In this document: piece by piece, positions 1 through 4,429 of the stretch
How positions within the stretch are numbered: position 1 is the first letter of the stretch
How the letters are laid out: each line of letters starts with the position of its first letter
Virus record (IMG/VR): IMGVR_UViG_2660238209_000015
DNA: 4,429 bases
Strand: one strand, 5' to 3'
Source of the DNA: a virus
Taxonomy: Duplodnaviria; Heunggongvirae; Uroviricota; Caudoviricetes
Program-made: the position numbers and the translations under genes
Notes under the pieces: model-generated
What the model was told of the DNA's origin: nothing
The model's database searches: none
What the model saw: only the letters and a program-made list of their open reading frames with translations

Positions 1-890
1 GTGTTGTACTGGGTGCCGTAGGTATTTTTCCAGTAATACGTCGTGTCACCACAAATCCACGGCACATCTGCAGCACTGCCACCATGGCACTGCGCGTTAA
101 ACACGGAGAGGTCAGCACGAAACTGTGTCAGCATGGCTGTAAACAGCGCAGGTTGCTGTGCGTGGGTGGCGGCGCTCATGTCAAACTCTCCCTGCATCCA
201 GCACACCGCCAGCAACACATTTTTCGGGTTCTTCTGTAATGCAGCTTTGGTGCGCGCAATCAGGTCCTGATATAACGGTTTACCCACACCCCAGCGCGCC
301 GAATCCTGGCTGGCCCCCGTGTCCGCACTGAATGTCCCCTCCGCGCCCTGGGTAAATGCCGAACCACCACGACAGCATGGTACCAGCAGGATCCCCGCGT
401 TATTCGGGATATACGGGAGCAGTTTTTTGGCAATATGTAACCCCTGGCCGACACAGCCGTACTGCCCTTTGCTCAGGTCTGCCTTCGGATGATTCAGCGT
501 ACTCATATCCTGCACATCATGCAGGCAGTGGTCGGCCGGAATAATATCGTTATATCTGCAGGCAGCCCCACCCGGCGTAACTGTACTGCGGCGCGCCAGC
601 TGTTTAATGCGCGGATCCGGAGCATCGTATGAATCCGGAAGCGGAAGCCCTTCCCCGTAAGCCATTGCATTGGACTGCCCGGCCAGTACGATGACGTAGT
701 ACCAATCCGGCTCAGTTGCACCACTGACCACCACATCACCTTCTGCTGCAATCGCCTGCATCAGGGTATAAGGGGTTATGGCCACCGGACTACCAAACGG
801 CTGCCAGCCCTCTTTCAGTTTGTGTGTCAGCTTTTCCGCAAGGTCTGACGGCGACGCCGCCCTGACCACGTCATAGTGTTTAAATGCCAT
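1..890 (-). CDS. nanS: Prophage-type sialate (9-O-acetyl-Neu5Ac) O-acetylesterase, NanS-p-like; N-terminal 296 codons only, gene continues past the left edge of the window
   Basis: Manual minus-strand translation from ATG at 890..888 is open for 296 codons to position 1 (MAFKHYDVVRAASPSDLAEKLTHKLKEGWQPFGSPVAITPYTLMQAIAAEGDVVVSGATEPDWYYVIVLAGQSNAMAYGEG...). It is missing from the supplied ORF track, presumably because it has no in-window stop. A GQSN motif (catalytic-serine block of the SASA/SGNH esterase family) sits ~70 aa from the start, after a short N-terminal domain as in prophage NanS-p proteins. Strong SD GGGGAGGAA lies 4 nt upstream of the ATG. Position downstream of the tRNA cluster matches Stx-phage/lambdoid late-region synteny. 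Family assignment is from recalled motifs, not a search. Confidence 0.8.
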   Translation of the reverse strand, partial: MAFKHYDVVRAASPSDLAEKLTHKLKEGWQPFGSPVAITPYTLMQAIAAEGDVVVSGATEPDWYYVIVLAGQSNAMAYGEGLPLPDSYDAPDPRIKQLARRSTVTPGGAACRYNDIIPADHCLHDVQDMSTLNHPKADLSKGQYGCVGQGLHIAKKLLPYIPNNAGILLVPCCRGGSAFTQGAEGTFSADTGASQDSARWGVGKPLYQDLIARTKAALQKNPKNVLLAVCWMQGEFDMSAATHAQQPALFTAMLTQFRADLSVFNAQCHGGSAADVPWICGDTTYYWKNTYGTQYN

Positions 891-893
891 TAT

Positions 894-901
894 TCCTCCC
901 C
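894..901 (-). promoter_or_regulatory. Shine-Dalgarno site of the nanS-p-like gene
   Basis: Minus-strand sequence GGGGAGGAATA immediately precedes the ATG at 890; GGAGG core with ~4-nt spacer. Confidence 0.6.
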
Positions 902-1069
902 TTTCCGGGATTTTCCTCAACAGTTGCGGGCCACGGTCCGGCCACAAGGAGAATCAAAAGAGGAGAACCGCAGCCCGCAAAACGAAAAAGGCCGCGCAGT
1001 TGCGCAGCCTTATAAACCCTGGTTAAAATCCACACGATAAAAATGACAATGCAAGTATCTCATGCTGTT

Positions 1070-1095
1070 GCCCGAACCCACTCGGGCTTTTTTTT
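1070..1095 (+). terminator. Rho-independent terminator oriented on the plus strand, opposite to the surrounding phage genes
   Basis: Stem gcccga (1070-1075) / tcgggc (1082-1087), 6 bp with 5 G:C, loop acccac, followed directly by T8 (1088-1095). In the minus-strand reading the hairpin is followed by AACAGCAUG, not a U-tract, so it is unidirectional. Confidence 0.55.
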
Positions 1096-1413
1096 GCATG
1101 TAAAAAGGCTCCTGCGATGAGAAGCCTGGATATATGCCTAATCTCTGTATACAGCATGATGCCGGGTGCCTCCCGGTGAATTCTGCAATGACCAGACAGA
1201 ATCCGCAACTTGCCTATACAATACGCAACCAAACATCTGTCATTATGCCCCGCCGCTCAGGGGGATTCATCATGCAGGATTTTTTTAACAAACGCTCAGC
1301 ATGTCAGGCAACAGTCAACTGCCTGAATTGTGAGGCATTTAACATTTCACTGTCCGGTGTCTTTCCTGTAATAAAAAGCCCGCAAAAGAGAGTCAGGGCA
1401 GATAAGTGTGGTG

Positions 1414-1490
1414 TGGTGCGTTGTACTGGATTCGAACCAGTGACCGATTGCTTAGAAGGCAATTGCTCTGTCCGGCTGAGCTAACAACGC
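1414..1490 (-). tRNA. argO: tRNA-Arg (anticodon UCU), argO-like, as carried by lambdoid/Stx prophages
   Basis: Minus-strand sequence GCGTTGT-TA-GCTC-AGCCGGACA-GAGC-A-ATTGC-CTTCTAA-GCAAT-CGGTC-ACTGG-TTCGAAT-CCAGT-ACAACGC-A-CCA folds as a canonical cloverleaf: 7-bp acceptor stem, GGTTCGAATCC T-arm, anticodon loop with TCT at 34-36, encoded CCA. Confidence 0.9.
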
Positions 1491-1503
1491 AGAATACCGA
1501 TAA

Positions 1504-1569
1504 TGGACCGCCACCGGGGACTCCGAATCTCGCACAGGGTGACGTTCTTTCCTGATGAGCTAGTGGCGG
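1504..1569 (-). pseudogene. Degenerate tRNA-like element (possible argN-type remnant) between the two intact tRNAs
   Basis: Minus strand CCGCCAC-TA-GCTC-ATCAGGAAA-GAAC...GAGATTCGGAGTCCCC-GGTGGCGG-T-CCA. It has a perfect 7-bp acceptor stem (CCGCCAC/GTGGCGG), discriminator plus CCA, and a recognisable TAGCTCA D-arm. It is only 66 nt, with a truncated anticodon arm and a non-canonical T-loop (TTCGGAG). It sits 1 nt from the tRNA-Ile2 3' end and 13 nt from the tRNA-Arg 5' end. Confidence 0.3.
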
Positions 1570-1570
1570 T

Positions 1571-1646
1571 TGGTGGCCCTTGCTGGATTTGAACCAGCGA
1601 CCTGGCGATTATGAGTCGCTCGCTCTCACCACTGAGCTAAAGGGCC
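1571..1646 (-). tRNA. ileZ: tRNA with CAU anticodon, most similar in architecture to minor tRNA-Ile2 (ileX/ileZ type, lysidine-modified); reads as Met by anticodon alone
   Basis: Minus strand GGCCCTT-TA-GCTC-AGTGGTGA-GAGC-G-AGCGA-CTCATAA-TCGCC-AGGTC-GCTGG-TTCAAAT-CCAGC-AAGGGCC-A-CCA, 76 nt, canonical cloverleaf, anticodon CAT. The acceptor stem and TTCAAAT T-loop resemble E. coli ileX as I recall it, more than elongator tRNA-Met. Confidence 0.88.
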
Positions 1647-1686
1647 GATTGCTGAATAATAACGACGCATGATTAACTCCGCAATC

Positions 1687-2745
1687 TCATCCGTTACGAA
1701 TGATTAAATCCTGTACTTCCCGCACCGTCTGCTCAAAACGTTCAGTCTCCAGTTCAACGCCAGTTGCACGACGTCCCAGCGCCATCGCTGCTTTCACTGT
1801 CGACCCCGACCCCATGAAGAAATCTGCAACCAGGTCTCCCGGACGACTGCTTGCGCTGATTATCTGCTGCAACATTTCTGCCGTTTTTTCGCACGGATGT
1901 TTCCCTGGATAGTACTGCACCGGTTTATACGTCCACACATCGGTGTACGGCACCTGCACCGTCACACCGAAATACCGCCGCAGATGCTTATATTCACTCT
2001 GCAGCTCCGCATACTGTCGGTTCAGAGAGGCATACGTATCCACCAGCTGGTGGTGGGGCTTTTCCAGTTCACCCCGCTGATGCTTCTCTTCTGCCACCCG
2101 GGCAAACAGTGCCTGTAATTTCAGATAATCGCTTTCGTTCGGCAGCAGCCACTGACCGGCACTGAACCAGTGCGACACCATGTTTTTCTTTCCTGTGGCA
2201 TCTGCAATCTGTTTTGCCGTTATCCCCAGGACAGCGCGCGCATCACGAAAGTAAGCAATCAGCGGGGCCATCACATGCTGTTTCAGTGCCCTACCCTTCG
2301 CCTCATACCCGGCATCTTTCGGACGATACGGCCCCTGATAATGCTCTGCGAACAGAATGCGCTCTGTGGCGGGGAAATACGCCCGCAGGCTTTCCTTGTT
2401 GCACCCGTTCCAGCGTCCGGACGGCTTTGCCCAGATGATATGGTTCAGCACGTTAAACCGCTCACGCATCATGATTTCGGTGTCAGATGCCAGACGATGG
2501 CCACAGAACAGGTAAAGACTTCCGGCAGGTTTCAGCACCCGCCAGAACTGCGCAAGACACTGGTCCAGCCACTTCAGGTAATCTTCATCACCCGCCCACT
2601 GGTTATCCCAGCCCTCGGGTTTCACTTTGAAGTACGGCGGGTCCGTGACTATCAGGTCAACAGAATTTTCGGGTAACGACCGCATAAATTCCAGGCAGTC
2701 GGCGTTGATTAACTCACAACTGGATATTTTTACAGTATTAAGCAT
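1687..2745 (-). CDS. Orphan DNA methyltransferase, beta-class amino-MTase (N6-adenine likely; N6_N4_Mtase family)
   Basis: 352-aa ORF. Motif IV DPPY (…SVDLIVTDPPYF…) is near the N-terminus and motif I FxGxG (…DFFMGSGSTVKAAMALGRRATGVE…) near the C-terminus; this IV-then-I order defines the beta group. DPPY rather than SPPY favours N6-adenine. No restriction endonuclease partner is present in the window. Stop TGA at 1689..1687, 40 nt upstream of the tRNA cluster. Confidence 0.9.
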   Translation of the reverse strand: MLNTVKISSCELINADCLEFMRSLPENSVDLIVTDPPYFKVKPEGWDNQWAGDEDYLKWLDQCLAQFWRVLKPAGSLYLFCGHRLASDTEIMMRERFNVLNHIIWAKPSGRWNGCNKESLRAYFPATERILFAEHYQGPYRPKDAGYEAKGRALKQHVMAPLIAYFRDARAVLGITAKQIADATGKKNMVSHWFSAGQWLLPNESDYLKLQALFARVAEEKHQRGELEKPHHQLVDTYASLNRQYAELQSEYKHLRRYFGVTVQVPYTDVWTYKPVQYYPGKHPCEKTAEMLQQIISASSRPGDLVADFFMGSGSTVKAAMALGRRATGVELETERFEQTVREVQDLIIRNG

Positions 2746-2777
2746 GGATCATTAAGCCTGTCTCTGATAGGCTCATT

Positions 2778-2796
2778 CTGCTTTTGCGCAAAGCAG
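2778..2796. promoter_or_regulatory. Near-perfect 19-bp palindrome 33-51 bp upstream of the methyltransferase start (candidate operator or 5'-leader hairpin)
   Basis: ctgcttt-tgcgc-aaagcag: 7-bp arms (ctgcttt / aaagcag) are exact reverse complements around a 5-nt centre. Confidence 0.35.
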
Positions 2797-2837
2797 TGGG
2801 CCTGAGGTTTGCTTGTGAACCCAACGCATGAGCAGAT

Positions 2838-2868
2838 GGCTGGTGGGTGCCCCTTACACCCACCAGCC
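2838..2868. repeat. 12-bp perfect GC-rich inverted repeat (stable hairpin) in the methyltransferase upstream region
   Basis: ggctggtgggtg (2838-2849) and cacccaccagcc (2857-2868) are exact reverse complements, separated by a 7-nt loop cccctta. No adjacent U-tract on either strand, so it is not a canonical intrinsic terminator. Confidence 0.5.
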
Positions 2869-2881
2869 GCCCATTTACCAC

Positions 2882-2909
2882 AAATAAAAAAGCCTTCAGG
2901 ACTGAAGGC
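2882..2909 (-). terminator. Rho-independent terminator (minus strand) at the 3' end of the small ORF
   Basis: Plus-strand gccttcag-ga-ctgaaggc (2892-2909) is a perfect 8-bp inverted repeat (7 bp effective with a 4-nt loop), preceded on the plus strand by aaataaaaaa (2882-2891), which is a U-rich tract 3' of the hairpin on the minus strand. It overlaps the stop codon of the small ORF. Confidence 0.6.
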
Positions 2910-3093
2910 GTCTGTAACAACCAAACTGATAGTCTGCCAGACCCGCCATAACCAGCTGGGTCAGTATTAACTGGCAGCGTTCGCGTGAAAGGTAAGTATT
3001 CTGCGCAATCTCCCCGACTGTCGCCGGGTCGGTAACGCTTAATTCATTAAACACCACTCTGGCGGTTTCTGTCATATCCTGCTGTTTCAGCAT
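2896..3093 (-). CDS. Small hypothetical protein (65 aa), possibly a winged-helix/HTH DNA-binding protein
   Basis: ATG at 3093..3091 preceded by AAAAGGGAAAAAGAC (GGG-type SD, ~8-nt spacer). Product MLKQQDMTETARVVFNELSVTDPATVGEIAQNTYLSRERCQLILTQLVMAGLADYQFGCYRRLQS has a helix-turn-helix-like pattern reminiscent of small PapI/FaeA-type regulators (from memory, unverified). The ORF track extends this frame to 3216 (GTG start, 106 aa), but that extension runs through AT-rich sequence and abuts terminator T1, so the shorter form is preferred. Confidence 0.4.
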   Translation of the reverse strand: MLKQQDMTETARVVFNELSVTDPATVGEIAQNTYLSRERCQLILTQLVMAGLADYQFGCYRRLQS

Positions 3094-3216
3094 GTCTTTT
3101 TCCCTTTTCCGGTTAACGTGACACACCAATAACTCTTGTCGAAAAAGCCAGCAACCTGAAAGAACGGTATTAATAACCACCAGCGAATTTATTGCGCTGC
3201 TGTATATTACGGACAC

Positions 3217-3238
3217 AAAAAAACCACCTTCCGGTGGC
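3217..3238 (-). terminator. Rho-independent terminator (minus strand) ~95 nt downstream of the Q-like gene; tR'-like candidate
   Basis: Minus strand GCCACC-GGAA-GGTGG followed by TTTTTTT: 5-6 bp G:C-rich stem, GNRA-type tetraloop, then U7 (plus-strand a7 at 3217-3223, stem 3224-3237). Confidence 0.6.
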
Positions 3239-3334
3239 TTCCTTGTGCGAAAAAACTTGCATTTCGCCTCGCGATACAGCTTTGCGAAGCTTACAGGAAT
3301 TCAAGCTGTTTCTGCGTAAAAAAGCAAGCTTTTT

Positions 3335-3877
3335 TTATCGAAATGAATCGTGCATAGGTACATAAAGCATGTGTTCAGCCACGGCTAACCAACCTGCAAT
3401 ACGTTTCTCACATGTGCTGAAACACCATTCCGGGTGAGTACGATTTAAACATTCTGCCATTTTTCTCTTACTCATTCCCCGTCCTTCGTACCTTTGCCGG
3501 AGAATATTGATTAGCCCGGGATATTCCCCAAGCACCTCACTGATAACGCGATCAATAATCAACGCCTCTGTGTCTGTACAATGTGACAACCAGCTCTTCT
3601 GCTTCCCTCTGGTCATATCCCGAAAAAATGCCTCAAGTTCCGGTTTTTCCAGCCCGGATTTCTTCATGCTGCGTAAAACCTCATTAACTGCTGTTTTCGT
3701 CAGCTTTTTCGAAACCAGTAACCGGTTAAACATATTTCCGGATTTACCCCCACCGATATACGACCACCGCCCCCACATCCGTAATTTCCCCTGGATCCAG
3801 ACTGCTTCCAGCGTGTTCAGGCGTAAATGTTCGCCGCTTTTGCCTGTAATTTCCGGATATATCATATTTACGCTCAC
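3335..3877 (-). CDS. Putative late-gene antiterminator (Q-like) by synteny; function not confirmed
   Basis: 180-aa ORF with GTG start at 3877 (the first ATG is at 3865, giving 176 aa); stop TAA at 3337..3335. It lies immediately downstream of the rusA 3' fragment with a GTGA stop/start overlap, and is followed within ~100 nt by an intrinsic terminator, then the methyltransferase, tRNAs and nanS-p. This is the position Q occupies in lambdoid phages of the 82/DLP12 type (rusA-Q-pR'-tR'-late genes). An LRMWGRW segment loosely recalls a W-G-x-W segment in Q proteins as I remember them. No search was performed. Confidence 0.5.
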   Translation of the reverse strand: MSVNMIYPEITGKSGEHLRLNTLEAVWIQGKLRMWGRWSYIGGGKSGNMFNRLLVSKKLTKTAVNEVLRSMKKSGLEKPELEAFFRDMTRGKQKSWLSHCTDTEALIIDRVISEVLGEYPGLINILRQRYEGRGMSKRKMAECLNRTHPEWCFSTCEKRIAGWLAVAEHMLYVPMHDSFR

Positions 3878-4017
3878 TCACTCTCAATTTTGTAAATCTT
3901 CACGCCCAGCCGTCCCCCAGGAACGCGCTGACCGCGCACAATATTGATTTCATCAAACTGCTCGTCGTCTATGAGAAGTCCGGCATGCGTCAGCGCATCC
4001 AGTGGTGCTTTCAGGAT
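3874..4017 (-). pseudogene. rusA: 3' fragment (47 codons plus stop) of rusA, Holliday-junction resolvase, truncated at its 5' side by the IS insertion
   Basis: The minus-strand frame is open from the IS boundary (4017) to TGA at 3876..3874: ILKAPLDALTHAGLLIDDEQFDEINIVRGQRVPGGRLGVKIYKIESE*. This aligns with the C-terminus of E. coli RusA as recalled (…FDALTKAGFWLDDAQVVDY…KGGRLELTITEMGNE), with conserved DALT.AG, LDD.Q and GGRL. No start codon or N-terminal portion on this side of the IS. Confidence 0.65.
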
Positions 4018-4071
4018 TGAACCGCCCCGGAAATCCTGGAGACTAAACTCCCTGAGAAAGAGGTAAACAGG

Positions 4072-4398
4072 ATGACTAAAAATACTCGTTTTTCCCCCGA
4101 AGTCCGTCAGCGGGCGATTCGTATGGTTCTGGAAAGTCAGGATGAATATGACTCACAGTGGGCGGCAATTTGTTCCATTGCCCCAAAGATTGGCTGTACG
4201 CCGGAGACTCTGCGTGTCTGGGTTCGCCAGCATGAGCGGGATACCGGGGGCGGTGATGGTGGGCTCACCAGCGCTGAACGTCAGCGTCTGAAAGAGCTGG
4301 AACGTGAAAATCGTGAACTGCGCCGCAGTAACGATATCCTTCGCCAGGCTTCCGCTTATTTTGCGAAGGCGGAGTTCGACCGCCTCTGGAAAAAATGA
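4072..4398 (+). CDS. IS3-family transposase OrfA (HTH DNA-binding subunit), IS629-like
   Basis: 108-aa [111 protein letters not shown]; N-terminal HTH plus leucine-zipper-like C-terminus typical of IS3 OrfA. SD GAGGTAAACAGG upstream of the ATG at 4072. Confidence 0.9.
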   Translation: MTKNTRFSPEVRQRAIRMVLESQDEYDSQWAAICSIAPKIGCTPETLRVWVRQHERDTGGGDGGLTSAERQRLKELERENRELRRSNDILRQASAYFAKAEFDRLWKK

Positions 4399-4429
4399 TG
4401 CCACTGCTGGATAAGCTGCGTGAGCAGTA
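4395..4429 (+). CDS. IS3-family transposase OrfB (DDE catalytic subunit), first 11 codons only; -1 frame relative to orfA
   Basis: ATGATGCCACTGCTGGATAAGCTGCGTGAGCAG gives [11 protein letters not shown], overlapping the orfA stop. The A6 run (4390-4395) at the overlap is a plausible -1 frameshift site for an OrfAB fusion. Confidence 0.7.
   Translation, partial: MMPLLDKLREQ

Larger units (their letters stand above)
4018..4429 (+). mobile_element. IS3-family insertion sequence, IS629/IS1203-like, left end and first ~410 bp; the element continues past the right edge
   Basis: The left terminus begins TGAACCGCCCCGG at 4018, exactly where the rusA reading frame is interrupted. It is followed by orfA with the IS3-family two-ORF arrangement and an A6 slippery run. 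The OrfA sequence matches my recollection of IS629 OrfA nearly residue for residue. Confidence 0.88.

Noticed and set aside
43-751. Four short ORFs from the track (43..270 +, 260..454 -, 356..544 +, 503..751 -) inside the nanS-p region
   Set aside because: All lie in alternative frames or antisense to the uninterrupted 296-codon nanS-p frame, which has a strong SD and esterase motifs; they are out-of-frame artefacts of a GC-rich coding region.
946-968. Two plus-strand AGGAGAA repeats that look like Shine-Dalgarno sites
   Set aside because: No start codon follows either at a usable distance on the plus strand; on the minus strand they are simply a pyrimidine-rich part of the nanS-p leader.
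1023-1232. 69-aa minus-strand ORF in the nanS-p upstream region
   Set aside because: No SD upstream of its start, and it spans the plus-strand terminator hairpin and T-tract; the product has no recognisable features. Treated as non-coding leader.
1134-1484. 116-aa plus-strand ORF
   Set aside because: Its 3' end runs antisense straight through the tRNA-Arg gene (1414..1490) and it has no SD; it opposes the orientation of the whole operon. Spurious.
1700-2676. Plus-strand ORFs 1700..1912, 1897..2118, 2170..2676 and 2214..2438
   Set aside because: All are antisense to, and fully contained within, the 352-aa methyltransferase ORF, which carries clear DPPY and FxGxG motifs.
2730-2924. Minus-strand ORFs 2730..2924 and 2738..2920 (64 and 60 aa)
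   Set aside because: They begin inside the terminator T2 hairpin, run through the 12-bp hairpin and palindrome, and overlap the methyltransferase start out of frame; this segment is better explained as structured non-coding leader.
3094-3216. N-terminal extension of the small ORF to a GTG at 3216 (106-aa version in the ORF track)
   Set aside because: The extension is AT-rich, promoter-like sequence starting directly after the terminator T1 U-tract, and the internal ATG at 3093 has its own SD. Kept only as an alternative in the findings.
3507-3947. 146-aa plus-strand ORF
   Set aside because: Antisense to the Q-like gene and the rusA fragment, no SD, serine/proline-rich low-complexity product.
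4153-4404. 83-aa minus-strand ORF inside the IS element
   Set aside because: Antisense to IS orfA, which is the well-supported frame; a typical shadow ORF.
1-4429. Search for CRISPR arrays, toxin genes (stxAB) or a recognisable anti-phage defence operon
   Set aside because: No regularly spaced direct repeats, no stx-like ORFs between the tRNAs and nanS-p, and no restriction or defence genes beside the methyltransferase; the window is a standard prophage late-regulatory region plus an IS element.

Overview
This window reads as the late-regulatory region of a lambdoid, Stx-phage-like prophage from an enterobacterial (E. coli-like) genome, with all phage genes on the minus strand and an IS3-family element at the right edge. 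In transcription order (right to left): a 3' fragment of rusA cut by an IS629-like insertion (IS left end at 4018), a Q-like late antiterminator candidate (3877..3335), two intrinsic terminators (3238..3217 and 2909..2882) bracketing a small winged-helix-like ORF, a beta-class amino-DNA methyltransferase (2745..1687), a tight tRNA cluster (Ile2/Met-CAU, a degenerate tRNA-like remnant, Arg-UCU), a ~520-bp non-coding segment, and the 5' part of a prophage sialate O-acetylesterase (nanS-p-like, 890..1). The IS carries orfA and the first codons of orfB on the plus strand. No Shiga toxin genes, CRISPR array or recognisable defence system are present, and I see no convincingly novel system. The points worth a second look are the IS insertion directly upstream of Q, the small ORF between tandem terminators, a 12-bp perfect hairpin upstream of the methyltransferase, the degenerate middle tRNA, and an opposite-strand terminator in the nanS-p leader. 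All calls come from manual translation and folding by eye plus recalled family features; no database search was run.
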